In this document: in pieces, positions 44,901 to 55,859 of the stretch
Layout: every line of letters begins with the position of its first letter
How positions within the stretch are numbered: position 1 is the stretch's first letter
Assembly (NCBI GenBank): GCA_000708835.1
Contig: DF237170.1
Location: 72,615-136,614, forward strand
Source: Klebsormidium nitens
Taxonomy: Eukaryota; Plantae; Klebsormidiophyceae
Length of the DNA: 64,000 nt
Reading direction: 5' to 3'
Position numbers and translations under genes: made by a program
Notes under the pieces: model-generated
Databases searched by the model: none
Told to the model about the DNA's origin: nothing
What the model saw: only the letters and a program-made list of their open reading frames with translations

Positions 44901-47900
44901 GATTTTTCTAGAAAGGTATGATAAGATCTCCCGTTTTCTCGGAGTTGAAGTAGGGTCCATCTCTCCTCGACCTTCTTTACCTATTATGCGCTCACCATGA
45001 TACCCTTCCTTGCGGTTGTGAGCTTAGCGACACTGGATTACTCTCTGAACTCCCTGCTGGAGACGATCCGGTTCCAACTGCCTTGAATCTCGCCCGGTCG
45101 AAGGCCTTTTCGTGAAGTCTATTTACAGCTTTGATAGCCGATTTCGTCGCGGTCAGAAAAGTGGACGGGTCGGTATGCGCGCGGGCCTGATCATGTGCTC
45201 TCCTTGTTATATCATCAAAATTAACAGATATTATTTTAGAAAGTGTGGAGATCTAAGAAATTTCTCACATGTTGAAAATCTTCACAACCTTTCCTTGTTC
45301 CACAGCTGGCAAGAAGGGACCGACAGCTGACAGAACGCTGCGACGAGGTGGATCGGCTCAAGTCGGCCTTTGCCAAACTGGCGGACCAGCGCGCGGCGGA
45401 GAGCGCGCGCGCAGAGGACGCCGCAAGGGCGCGCGAGGTGCGCGTCCGCGAGCTGGAGGAGGGTTTGAGGGTTTCGGAGAGGCTCAGGGCCGAGGCGGAG
45501 GTGAGAACGGACAGAATGTGTAAGCTGTTGCTTTAAAAATTCTGCACTATGACGGCTTTAAGGAAGTACTTGGGAAACTTTGCCTGACCCTCAAGTCGCT
45601 TTTGGAAGTCAAGTTTGAAATTTGATTTTCACTTTCCTTACCACCATATTCAGCAGGTTTTTAGCAGATTGTCAAAAAGACATCGGCCAATTTCTATGGC
45701 CAGACACCTCTAAGAAGCAAAATATATTTGCGACTCTTCCCCGTGCCCAATTTGACAGCACCATCTTAAACAAGGTTGCATTGCCAGCGCATCCCTACTT
45801 CCTTTGTTGATCTTTCCTGCTGTTCTCACCTGTCGCCGGTGACGAGATTTAGCGAACTTCCGGCATTAAAATGAGTTCAGCTGGCTTTGCGGTTCCTTAC
45901 TCTCCAGACTCTTGACACCTCCTCTTAGTCAACTCTGTTCCACCCTTCAGGTTGAGATGCGAACACATCAGGAGCGTCAATCGCACTTTACCGCAGAGAG
46001 GAAGCGCCTTTCGGACGCCCTGACGGCCTCCCAAGCGTCCGAACAAGGCCTCGTCCAAAAGTTGGACGCTCTGCAGTCGCGGCTTTCGGACGCTCTCTCC
46101 GCCGCACGGGCGTCCGAACAGGGCCTCGTCCAAAAGCTGGACGTCCTGCAGTCGCGGATAGACGCCTCGTCAGAAACTAGGTTACGGGCGTCCGAAGCTG
46201 CTAACACAGCCTTAACCCAGAAAGTGGAGGGTTTGCTGACCAAGATCTCGGCGCTGGAGGCGGAGCTGCGGCACGTGGCGCGCCCGAGAGCTCGCCGCGT
46301 GGCACCTGCAGAGGATGTTGCAAATAGGGCGACCCTGAAAGAGCAGGAAGAGTCGGTAGAGTCGCCAAAAAGCGTGAGCGGTCTGCTGAGCGACGGAGAG
46401 GAAGAGCCGCTAACAGGAAATCTGGAACAAAGCCGCGTATCGAAAACGGTCAAGTGGCCCAAACCCGGTCAGTTGGCGGCCTCCAATCCGCAAACGACGC
46501 ACGCAGAAGAAAGCCCTGAGCAGAGTGCAAGTCAAGAAGAGCCGCTTACTGAGACATCGGGTCGTAGGGCCTCGACTGAGTGGAACGAGCGACTGGTGCA
46601 GTCTGACGGGGAGGGTCAGGTGGGGGGAAGAAGCGGAAACAGGGCCTCCGGCGAAAAGGTGGCGGAATTAGAACGGGAAGTGAAACAACTGAGAGGGGCG
46701 CTCAACGTCGCCAAGGAGGGGCAACAGGTAGGGTCCTAAGCCGTGATTTCACCTGCAAAGTTTGTAATCAGACTCTTTGCGCTGAGTGATGCGTAACGGG
46801 CAAGGCGCAGCTTTTTCTTGTTTGTGAATTTGAAACGGCCGCAGCGTTCCCTTTCTCCTCGCCTGAATGGTTCAATACCTTTGGAACCTTCAGACGCTGT
46901 CGATTGACGATGTATAACAGAACATCCTCTGTCACGGTACACGTCAGAGATCGAGGTCAGGGAATTGCTACGTTCTAGGCATCACTGGCTTTCACAACAT
47001 ACACAGTGTCTATTTTACGAGATCAGCAGAATGATCACCCTGTCAGAGTCCCAATAAGATTTTGGGTTCGGTTGCGGAAGCCAGCGTTGAGTCATTTGGA
47101 CAGACCGCTTGCGAAGTTCCTTTACTTGCCTTAGTCAACCGGATTATGCTATCCACAGGCAGAACCCTTGCAGAATTCTCTGACTTGGGTTATTTGACTA
47201 ACCTACCGGTCATCAAGTCCGCAGGTGGCCTGGAACAAGTACGCGGCTCTGTTGCGAAATTTGCGAAAGTGGATGGAGGGTCGCCGTTACACTGCCAAGA
47301 CCACCGCCATTAAATTCCCTGGTTTATTGACTAACCATCCTGGTTATGCTGTCCGCAGGCGGGTCGTGGCAAGTACGCGGCTCTGCTGCGAAACCTGCGG
47401 ACCTGGATGGAGGGTCGCCGTTACATGGCCAAGACGGCCCCCCAGTTGACCGCTCTGATTCCGCTGCTGGCCTGGCGGAACCTACCGGCCGAAACCAACC
47501 GGATGCGGGCGCGGTGGCACCATCTGGCGGAGGGCCTGTGCGCGGAGGTGAGAATGGGCTCTTGGTGCGAAAGGCTCTCAGTGCAGATGGGCTCTTGGTG
47601 CGACTGCGCTCCTGGTGTGAATAAGCTATTGGTGTGAATAGGCTCTTGGTGTGAGTGGGCTCTTGTTGCGACTGGAATGGGAAACCAAGAATCCAAAGGA
47701 TTCTGCACGGCTGGTGGGAATAAGCAATCGGTACAAGCATGTAAGCAAGCATATTGAGCGAGCACTCTTTCCCAAGCCCTGACCTAGTCGCCAGCAAAAT
47801 CTTTTTTGCTCATCCAAACGTTGAGGTGGGAGACGGGAGTCAGTCTCGGAGAGAGGAACTACTTTGCGGCCTATGTCAGAGCATCTCGAAGTCAATCAGC

Positions 47901-49775
47901 CAAGAATCTGAATTTTAGCGGAACAGAATCAACATCGTTGACGGTACCATCCGGCCGTGCGGCAAAATATCTTTGGAACGTTTCGTCCTTCTGACAAGCT
48001 CACCGAACGGTCTTTTCGTCTTGGAATTACAATATGTCGGCTTCCACGACCCGGCCTGCTGATGGAGCCGGGCTCGTGTGGCCGACACCTGGACATTGAT
48101 GGACTTTTTATGCTTGCACGAGCAGCAATTCAAGCGAGCCCCTCTTTGTCGTCAGGGGCCGAATCATTTCGCTCCATGTTTCGCCCGACTGATCCTCGGC
48201 TTTGCTTCTGCAGAACGCCGAGTCTCCACAGCGCCAGTCGTTCGTTTCGCGGATGTCACGCTTACGTCACCACCGGCGCTGCCTGAGCGCCCACGTGGAC
48301 CGCCAGTCGCTGCTCGCCGCGCTCCGCGTTTGGCGTGCGGAAGTGACGAGCGGAGAAGCGCGCGCGGCCGGTGAGCGCGCGCGCGCGCGCGAGGAGGAGC
48401 TCGAGCGCATCACGTGCGCGCTACCCTGGTGGGTGCGGCGCGTGAGCGAGCGCGCGGCGCTCGCGCGCTTCTTCCTGCACTGGCGGCTGGCGGGCGTGAC
48501 GGGAAAGCGCCAGGGTTTGGAGGTTCTGCAGAGAGAGAGCGAGCCGGAGGCGGATCCCGGTCACCGGAAGTCTCTGGAAGAGCATCCGCGGAAGAGGAAT
48601 TCCGCTGAAGAAATGAGCTTTGTGGAAGTTCCAAGGGATATAAAGGCAGCTTCTATGGCGGAAAGCGGAGCTCCGGCGGAAGAGCTCAACGGAATGCTGG
48701 GCGCGGACGGAGGAGACGCAATCCAGGTTGAGCTGCGGGCCATACGGGAGATGGTGCAAGAGCGGCTGCTGGAGCTGAGTCAACATGACGTAAGCAGAAG
48801 CCTGCTTAACTTTTGCATCACCTTTCTGTAGAAAAGAACGAACGGGATCCAGCAAACATACTTTCGGGATTTCCACAATGCTCGACTTAATCAACAGACA
48901 GGAAGAAGAAAGCACTTTCGAGCCGGACGCGTTGATGAGTGCTTGCCTTTCTGATAAGTTTGCAGTCGGTGTTTAGCGCAGACAGATCTTGCCACGCTTT
49001 CTCGAAGTAGGAAGACGTCCCCGCGTCACCTTGTGTTCGCAAGGGCCATCAGTGCACCTCCTATGACGAAGTCTTGGATGCCGTGGTTTAAAGTCGCGCT
49101 CGAAAGCCAACACGCGCCTCAGGATCCAACTTAGCTTCCCTCAGGAAGCCAGCGATTTCGTGTCAGGTTTCCTGGCGCATAAATTCAAGCAGGAACGTGC
49201 GACAGCTCCTGGGAAAGCAAAAGTTCGGACCAAAGCGCACAGCGGTAAATCGTCATATCCATTCGCAGGAGCTTTCAACGGACGTCCCCGAAAAGAGGCC
49301 GGGGTGCGCCCAGAAAGCGTCTGTCTCGGACGGCTTGCACATGTGCCAGAGCCAAAAAGACGTCATTCAGCACCTCATAACCATCCTGACGGACCTGCAA
49401 GACCGGGCCACCGGCGGTGTAACGCCCGCGGCAGCGTCCGCAGGAGCGTTACAGACACCAGTGCGGGATGATGAAACGACCCCTGAGATGGAGATGAAGA
49501 AAGAAAACGAAACCGGAAGCTTTGGATCGAGGCTAGCGCAAGGCCACGTTGAAGAGGAAGAGAGAAACGTTAAAATCTCGTCCGAGGAAAGGGCGGACGA
49601 TGCAGCGCGTGTCGAGGTCAAAGTAATAGATTCTGCCAGGCAGAGTGCTGCCGAGCAAAGAGGGGGCGGTAGAGAGAAAGGTATTGAGTTAAATGCAACG
49701 CATACTCGCCGGCGGATATTGCGGGGGACGTCGAGGTTGAGCGGGAAAGGAAGAACAAGACACTGGGCACCTTAA
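38983..49775 (+). CDS. ~2268-aa protein: long acidic/Ser-Gly disordered region, coiled coils and C-terminal Sfi1-like motifs. Exons 38983-39496, 39932-43557, 44262-44684, 45306-45500, 45951-46727, 47359-47547, 48214-48789, 49269-49775
   Basis: Eight GT-AG exons are phase-consistent (6807 nt). Heptad-rich segments and L-x3-[LF]-x2-W motifs are present. The start codon is uncertain; an in-frame acceptor at 38916 suggests a further upstream exon. Confidence 0.72.
43531..43830 (+). repeat. Four degenerate tandem copies (77-97 bp spacing) of an exon end, splice donor and pyrimidine tract
   Basis: caggagtggaagaccgcaaacggcggg|gta (43531); caggactagaagaacgcaatcggcggggta (43608); caggagtggaagaccacaaacggtggagta (43705); cagggggaaagaatgcaaaaggcagtg (43802). 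Confidence 0.85.
47185..47430 (+). repeat. 134-bp tandem duplication spanning the branch point, acceptor and first ~70 nt of exon 47359
   Basis: Both copies carry tgactaac...gtccgcag|g...aagtacgcggctctgYtgcgaaa...tggatggagggtcgccgttaca..gccaagac, with acceptor AG ending at 47224 and 47358. Confidence 0.9.
47551..47680. repeat. Intronic degenerate minisatellite (GGGCTCTTGGTGYGA-like units)
   Basis: gggctcttggtgcga, gcgctcctggtgtga, aagctattggtgtga, aggctcttggtgtga and gggctcttgttgcga follow the 47548 donor. Confidence 0.8.
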
Positions 49776-50688
49776 CGAAGAGACTGGGAGAGGATTCGCT
49801 CACATGAAAGATGAATCGGATCCTCGAATCCTATAGTGTCCAGAACGTGCACAAATCTGATTGTTTGGTTAATTGTGTACGCTGTCCTATTGGCAGAAAC
49901 GACGTCATAAGAAATTCATCGCCATGCCAATGAGGAGTCCCTACGCTACGGCTCGGATGCCGCTGGGACATCACGCACGATCAATTTCTCACGTCTGCAT
50001 CCTGGCATAGGTCTTTCTATCATGTTATTACTTGATTATAGCCAGGCTGCTTTTCAAAGTTGAGGTTAGTTTTTTAGTGCTACGAGCTACACTCACGAGC
50101 TCGCTCGGATCCCTTGCAACCGAAGAAGTTATGAATAACGTTCCTAGAGCCGACAATCAGCTGCAGCATTTGCCAATGATCAGCAAGCTGAAAGAGATGT
50201 GCCAGCCACCGCCAGGCCCGGCCCAGAATGAAAACTATAGCCTTCAGATCCGAATGTCTCACTTAGATCTGCGTTTACATCGTGTTGTTGTGGAAGCCAA
50301 TCCAAACCTGGTCGGCGACTTTTGAGAGCCAAGTATAATAGACCGCAATACCGCATACTTCAGCATCAGGTATGTATTGCCATGGTACTCTTGTTTGGCG
50401 TGTACGTTCAATGCGGATCCAAGTTTACTGGATAGAAGCAAGGGCTCGCTCTTCATGCACTTGGCCGGTCTGCTCAGATCGGACTGTTGAACGGGATCAT
50501 TGATCTGGCGTATCCGTAACTCTTGCCAACCTGTTCATGCAGGCTGCCCTCCCCAGTCACCTATTGAGAGGGATCCCTTTGCTGATGTTGCGAACTTCCC
50601 ACCCTCTCGTCTTTCTGCTGAATCTGGACCGTAAGGTACGGGGCACCAAGATCTTGACCGTCGAGAGTTGCATCAAGCAAGCAACGAG

Positions 50689-50726
50689 CCAATGAAAGTG
50701 GCCGAATCTGGCGCCAAGGTTTGAAA
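50689..50726 (+). promoter_or_regulatory. Promoter block shared with paralogue B: CCAATGAAA-N5-CGAATCTGGCGCCAAGG followed by TTTGAA
   Basis: The same block, with the same internal spacing, is at 55558-55604. Both lie ~280-300 nt upstream of the ATG, and the surrounding non-coding DNA is otherwise dissimilar. Confidence 0.55.
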
Positions 50727-50968
50727 TTGGAAACTCATACAGATCCGATGCAAACTGTGCATCTGCTAACTTAGGTATGAAACAGTCCAGCAGGATTCTA
50801 GCCTGAGAGTCCAGGCTGGAGGTGCATTGCTTTCAAGTGTCTGCTTGTTAAAGGCGGACAGAAGCAGACTTCGGAGCAGCTCCTCAAATCAAGCCGGTAA
50901 GAGTAATTGGTCTCGCCGGTGTGGTCTCGCTCGTCTTGTAGTTGTGGCGGCACTGCCAAGCAGGTTCG

Positions 50969-53961
50969 ATGATGGCTTCTGGCGGAACAAAGAGGCCTCT
51001 GGAGGAGCAGACTCCCTCCCAGGCGAATGCCATTGCCCCACCAGAAGCAAAGAAAGGGCGTAAACCCGAAGAAATCAAGCTGCAACCAATCAAGAAGAGC
51101 TTGAATGATCGAGTGAAGAGACTGGCCAAGATGGTGGACCTTGACTGGCATGATGGTAAGACAGCTTTGGTTCATTTTCTTTCAGGCTGATCTAGTAGAG
51201 CCGTAAGAAGCAAAACTTCAGGCTTTACTGCACAGCTCGGCAAAAAAACATTCTGAAAGACTTCAATGGCATGGGTGGACTTATAAGTGTTGCCTACAGT
51301 AGCCATAATCAAAGAGCTAGGAAGAGCTTCTCACAGTATGATTTAGGGTTGCTCCGCTGCCAAAAGCAGGCACATGTGAGTTCTAGCAAAGTTGCGATAT
51401 CAGGACTGCTCTCTCAAAACTTCAAATCCGTAGATGATGAACGTGAAGCATGTCAATCTGCACATATGCTCAGACTTTCTGATTCTTCCTCAAGCGCCAG
51501 TTCATTGATACTGGCTTGGCAGTAGAAGAGGCAAGCTTACTTCACAGTTAGCCTCAAGTGTGTGATTCCTCAACAGTATTTTTTGGTTGGTGTGTCTTGC
51601 TCTCTTGAAAGGTTGGCTTGGGTCGGACACTAAGACTCAAGAATTGACATCTGAGCAGCCTGAAAGTCTGAAATTGTTGATCATGATTGCAGGTTGGCCG
51701 GAGCAGGAAGAGGAGCTGGGAGAGTATCTGAGCAATCTGGATGTGAGCTACCTTTGAAGTTATTATCCAGTGCTGCGCAGAGATTGAAGTGGCTCTGATC
51801 TGAGGTTTCGCAGCGTTGCTTTCCTCAAGTCAGGGCAAACATGAGCCTTTTTGCTTCCAATAGGTACTGCTTGGCTTTACAGAGGTTGTCTCTAAGCAAG
51901 AAGTTTTCTGTACAGGCACACTTTCAATCAGTCTACAACTTCGGAGTTACGATGAACACGAATCATGGTGACTGCCACAAAATTCTGCTCATAATAGCTG
52001 ACACGTGGGTAAGTACCAGACCACTCTTTTTATATTTCTTATAAGGTCAGTCTGAGTTGCTTGAACACTTTGGATCTCTGCTCTCTTGCTCGCTCTTTTC
52101 GAACTTCGGCGAATGATCCTGCACTTCGATTGCACTTTATATAAATCTGAGCAACATGTCAATCGCACTGTTTTAAATGTACAGCTTCTCTTTACAGGAA
52201 AACATGAAGACCATCCCAATGCGCGGTACAATTGAGTGCGTAGTTAAATCCAATGGTAAGAACTAAGAAGGCAAGCAGGCCAGACTCTAGCATCACTGCA
52301 GTCAATGTTCATTCCTCTCAACGTCATGCAAATATTCTTGGTCTTTGTTTGCAGCCCTGATGTTTGACATTCTCCTGTGTATTGCTCATCCCTTTCTGGA
52401 TGAATGTACTCCTCATATTTGGTCACAGCCACCCTCTGCTATGTTTGAAGTGAACGCCCGAAACGCCACTTGTTTTGTCTGGAAGCCTGAACGGACTCTC
52501 CTGCTGCTCAGACACTGACCCGATCATGATTTACCTCGCCAACTGGGGCAAGGACAAGTGGAAGACTTTCTGGGGGTCACCCGAGGGCCCTCTCGGCTAC
52601 ATGTGGAGGTTGCTCCTGCAGAGCGCTGCTGGCAATCCAAGAATAAAAGACGAGAAACTACTCCAGTACATCAAGGATGCAACTGGTACGCGCTTGATTT
52701 GCAAACAACACTCAAAGCTTGTCAGTCAGAATTGTCGAGATGCTAGAAACGTCGTATGCAGATTTTCCTGTTAGCTCCTCCTAGACTTTTTCAAGCGCTC
52801 ATCTTGCTGCTAGTGGTAGAAGCTCGTAGACGCAGTCGGTGGCACAGAAAAGTGGTACTTTATCGTCGTGTCATGTTTTCTGTGGGGATTGTCTTGACCA
52901 TCTGGAGTGTGTCTTGAAAGGAGCTAACTCGAGCTTAGTTCGCCCGTCTCTATGCTTGATCTTGAAGCCGGAACCTAATACGGATGCCAACTCCCCGATA
53001 AGTTCTCAGTAAACTAGATCGCTCAGGGTCTTGACGGCTTCATCCAAATGCCTTAAGGGTACATGATCTGCTGCGCTTTGAGATCCACTACGTTGGAAAA
53101 GATAACAATCTGGAAAAGCAGCAGCCGAGTAAAGAAGCTGAGGACGTAAGACTCCTCCGATTCTTGCAGATTACAACGTCGACCTTTTTAATAAGTCGCA
53201 GCCGGATGATGACGAAGGGCAGCTTGTGATCACGGAGGTCGACGCGCACATGAAAGCGGGCCTGGAGCGTCTGAAGCTGCTGCATGCTCAGGATCACAGG
53301 TGGAAGAGCCTGCCAACTCACAAGAAGGTAAACAAATGTTCTTTTAGAGGTCCCATCGAAGTATGTACTTTCTTGCAGAGGGCTTACCAGCCAGTGTCCC
53401 ATTTGATTACGTGACGAGGTTAGCTGCTCAGGTTGACTGAAGAATACGCTTCTCCTTTGCTACTCGGTTCATTTAAAGAACCCCTCGGTCTCTTCTCAAC
53501 AAGGCTCAAATATTATGGAACAAAGAGCGTAAGACGTCATCTTCGGATTGATGCCCTGAGCTGTCCGAGTCTGTCCAGTACATCAAAGCTCGCGAATCTA
53601 CTCCATTTCTGCCCCAGTCTCGCGCTTCAAGCAGTGCTCAAAAGGGCAAGTTCATGTGACCTGACAAATCCAGTCAGCCACGCCTTCAAACGGCGAGTGC
53701 ATGCTAAATACAAAATGCGTTGCTGTTCAGGGTAAAACTGAATCATCGTCGTTTCATGCAGCTGTCGATTTTGAGTAGATAAGGAGAAAGCCTCGATTTC
53801 ATTTACTGCAAGCTGCTTCAGCTCTTTCACTGTCCCACCACTGAATGAGTGCTGTCTGTCGAATCTAGGTACACGAGGCGAGGATGATGATCGACCGTCG
53901 ATGGGACGGGCCAAAGCATCTAAGGACCAGACCCTGTTCCGACTCTGACGACGACTACTGA
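50969..53961 (+). CDS. Unknown-family protein, paralogue A (270 aa). Exons 50969-51155, 51693-51742, 51916-52008, 52198-52255, 52512-52685, 53170-53327, 53869-53961
   Basis: Exon lengths 187/50/93/58/174/158/93 and all phases mirror paralogue B. Protein: ...KRPLEEQ...EIKLQPIKKSLN...DWHDGWPEQEEEL...DCHKILLIIADTWENMKTIPMR...YMWRLLLQSAA...IKDATDYN...HMKAGLERLKLLHAQ...LPTHKKVH...IDRRWDGPKHLRTR...*. Confidence 0.85.
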
Positions 53962-55557
53962 TTGCTGTATGCATGGACTGACCGGTGAGTTGTTTTGACA
54001 AGCTAGCTCCTAGACCTCATATTGCTTCCCGGCCTTGTTCGCAATCCAAAAAGCCTCGCAGTCGTATGTCGAGAGACGGAGCAATGAGATCCCTGTCGGC
54101 CCGGCATCATAACCTCACCGTTCAAAACCGTTCTTCTGTCACAGATTTTGTCTCCGATATCAAGGGGGTGTGCTTCTGGGTTAGATCAAAATATGTACAT
54201 AACTGTAGTTCTCCCGCCGCTGGTGGATCCGTGATATTGAAGACGAAGGTGATAAAACATTCTTGCACAGACTCGGCAACGGGCATGGCATCTAAGAACT
54301 TTATAGTACATTGTCAATTGCATGACGTCTGAGGGTCTAAAATGTTCGTAGGCCTCGAAGCTTGTCATAGTAGACCTTCTGATTTGTATTATGAATAACT
54401 CTGGCCTGCTTTATGGCAAACAGTATAGATGGAAATGACCCTTCTGGTAGTCAGGAAAAGTTGATGCTGCAGAAGTTTATGTGAGCATATCAAGCGCTAT
54501 TCTCCGTGTAAAACATTACCGGTATCCTGATTGACCTTCAAGTTGCAATAAGATTCTGAGTAGGAAAAGAGGCATAAGCGCAAATCAACCAAGTTTGAAC
54601 CGATCAAAGTGCATGTCAGTGTTTCGCAGTTCCAAAATCCTCGTTGGCGACAGTACAACGAGATTATAGAAGATATGGCTTACAGAAGATTTGTATACTT
54701 GGAATTGGTTGCGGCTGAAAGTATGCAAATCGCCGAAACACGATTCAAGGTTCAAAAAGCATTGGTCACATCTCGATTACCTCGATATCGGAATACTGCA
54801 ACATTAAAAGCGGTCAGCTCGAGAATCAAAAACGGCTCTCTAAAGACCCTCTCTAGTTGGCACTACATGCATGAGAATAGCATCTCCCAACAAAATCGCC
54901 AATTGTATTTTCTGAATGCTTTTCCATGTTGCCATCTTGCTACACGGACTCAGATGATGTACGTCTCACGAGCATGAAATGGGAGTAGCTACCCATATGC
55001 ACCGGCCAAGGTCATGAGCAGCAAACAAATGCTGCATTGTTGAGCAATGGATGCGCAACAAAAGTTCAGAAGGGGCAGTCGCATGATAGAGTCGGAGGAC
55101 CATGTTCTTTGGCCTAACACGTGGGTGCGGCACTTCTGTTGCAATTGAGCATTTGCCAGGCTCGCGCAGACGTTTGCCGGGAGTTTGCCGGGCTCGCCGG
55201 GATGAATATGCTCATGCATGATCACTCGAGTCGATTGACCTCGCGCCTCGTTCCCGGTCGAGATCGACATTTGTAAAGATCGAACCCGGGCTAGACTTAG
55301 TAGCGCCTGGGAACGAGCCTAGGCTACGCCGCGCGCCTGGGCCCTCATCCCCCGGCCCGAGCTAGCCTCCTCTTCATTACTGACTTTAGACGGTCGCCCC
55401 GGGCCCGCATGCACACTGACAATGATGTCATTGCCTTCAGCTAGAGTGATCATCTTCAATGTACAGTTTAATTTGAATCATACTAGTTACAGGGCAACTC
55501 AACCTCCGCCGTCCGATGTGCTAGGACTGCTTATCGTCGTCCTTCGCTCAAATTGGA

Positions 55558-55604
55558 CCAATGAAAACCCTCGAATCTGGCGCGAAGGCAAGAAAGGGTT
55601 TGAA
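55558..55604 (+). promoter_or_regulatory. Promoter block of paralogue B: CCAATGAAA-N5-CGAATCTGGCGCGAAGG...TTTGAA
   Basis: Matches the block at 50689-50726. Confidence 0.55.
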
Positions 55605-55859
55605 CTTGAAGCCAAGCTCCCTAGCTGGTACCTATGCACCTATGTAGGTATACCGTATGTCCTATGGCAGCACAGATTTTTGACAAGGCAACCACTCAGT
55701 CTCGTGTGCTTGCGGCCTCTGCGCCTCGCCATTAATACGCATTGCTGAAGACAAGCAGAAGCAGCTGTCGAGCTGTCAGAACGGCCAGTGTGCTGCTTCC
55801 GCACATTGCGGCCGCTGAACCATCTGAGACACATATTTCCCAGAGCGGATTGCATCAAC

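Noticed and set aside
19838-47680. CRISPR-like interpretation of the short repeat arrays
   Set aside because: The repeats are directly tandem and degenerate with no unique spacers, lie inside introns, and there are no cas genes.
53059-53149. Apparent extra exon LLRFEIHYVG..., loosely echoed by LLSEIHCVG at ~58600
   Set aside because: Its donor phase does not fit the next exon. The flanking exons join in phase without it in both paralogues. It may be an old relic.
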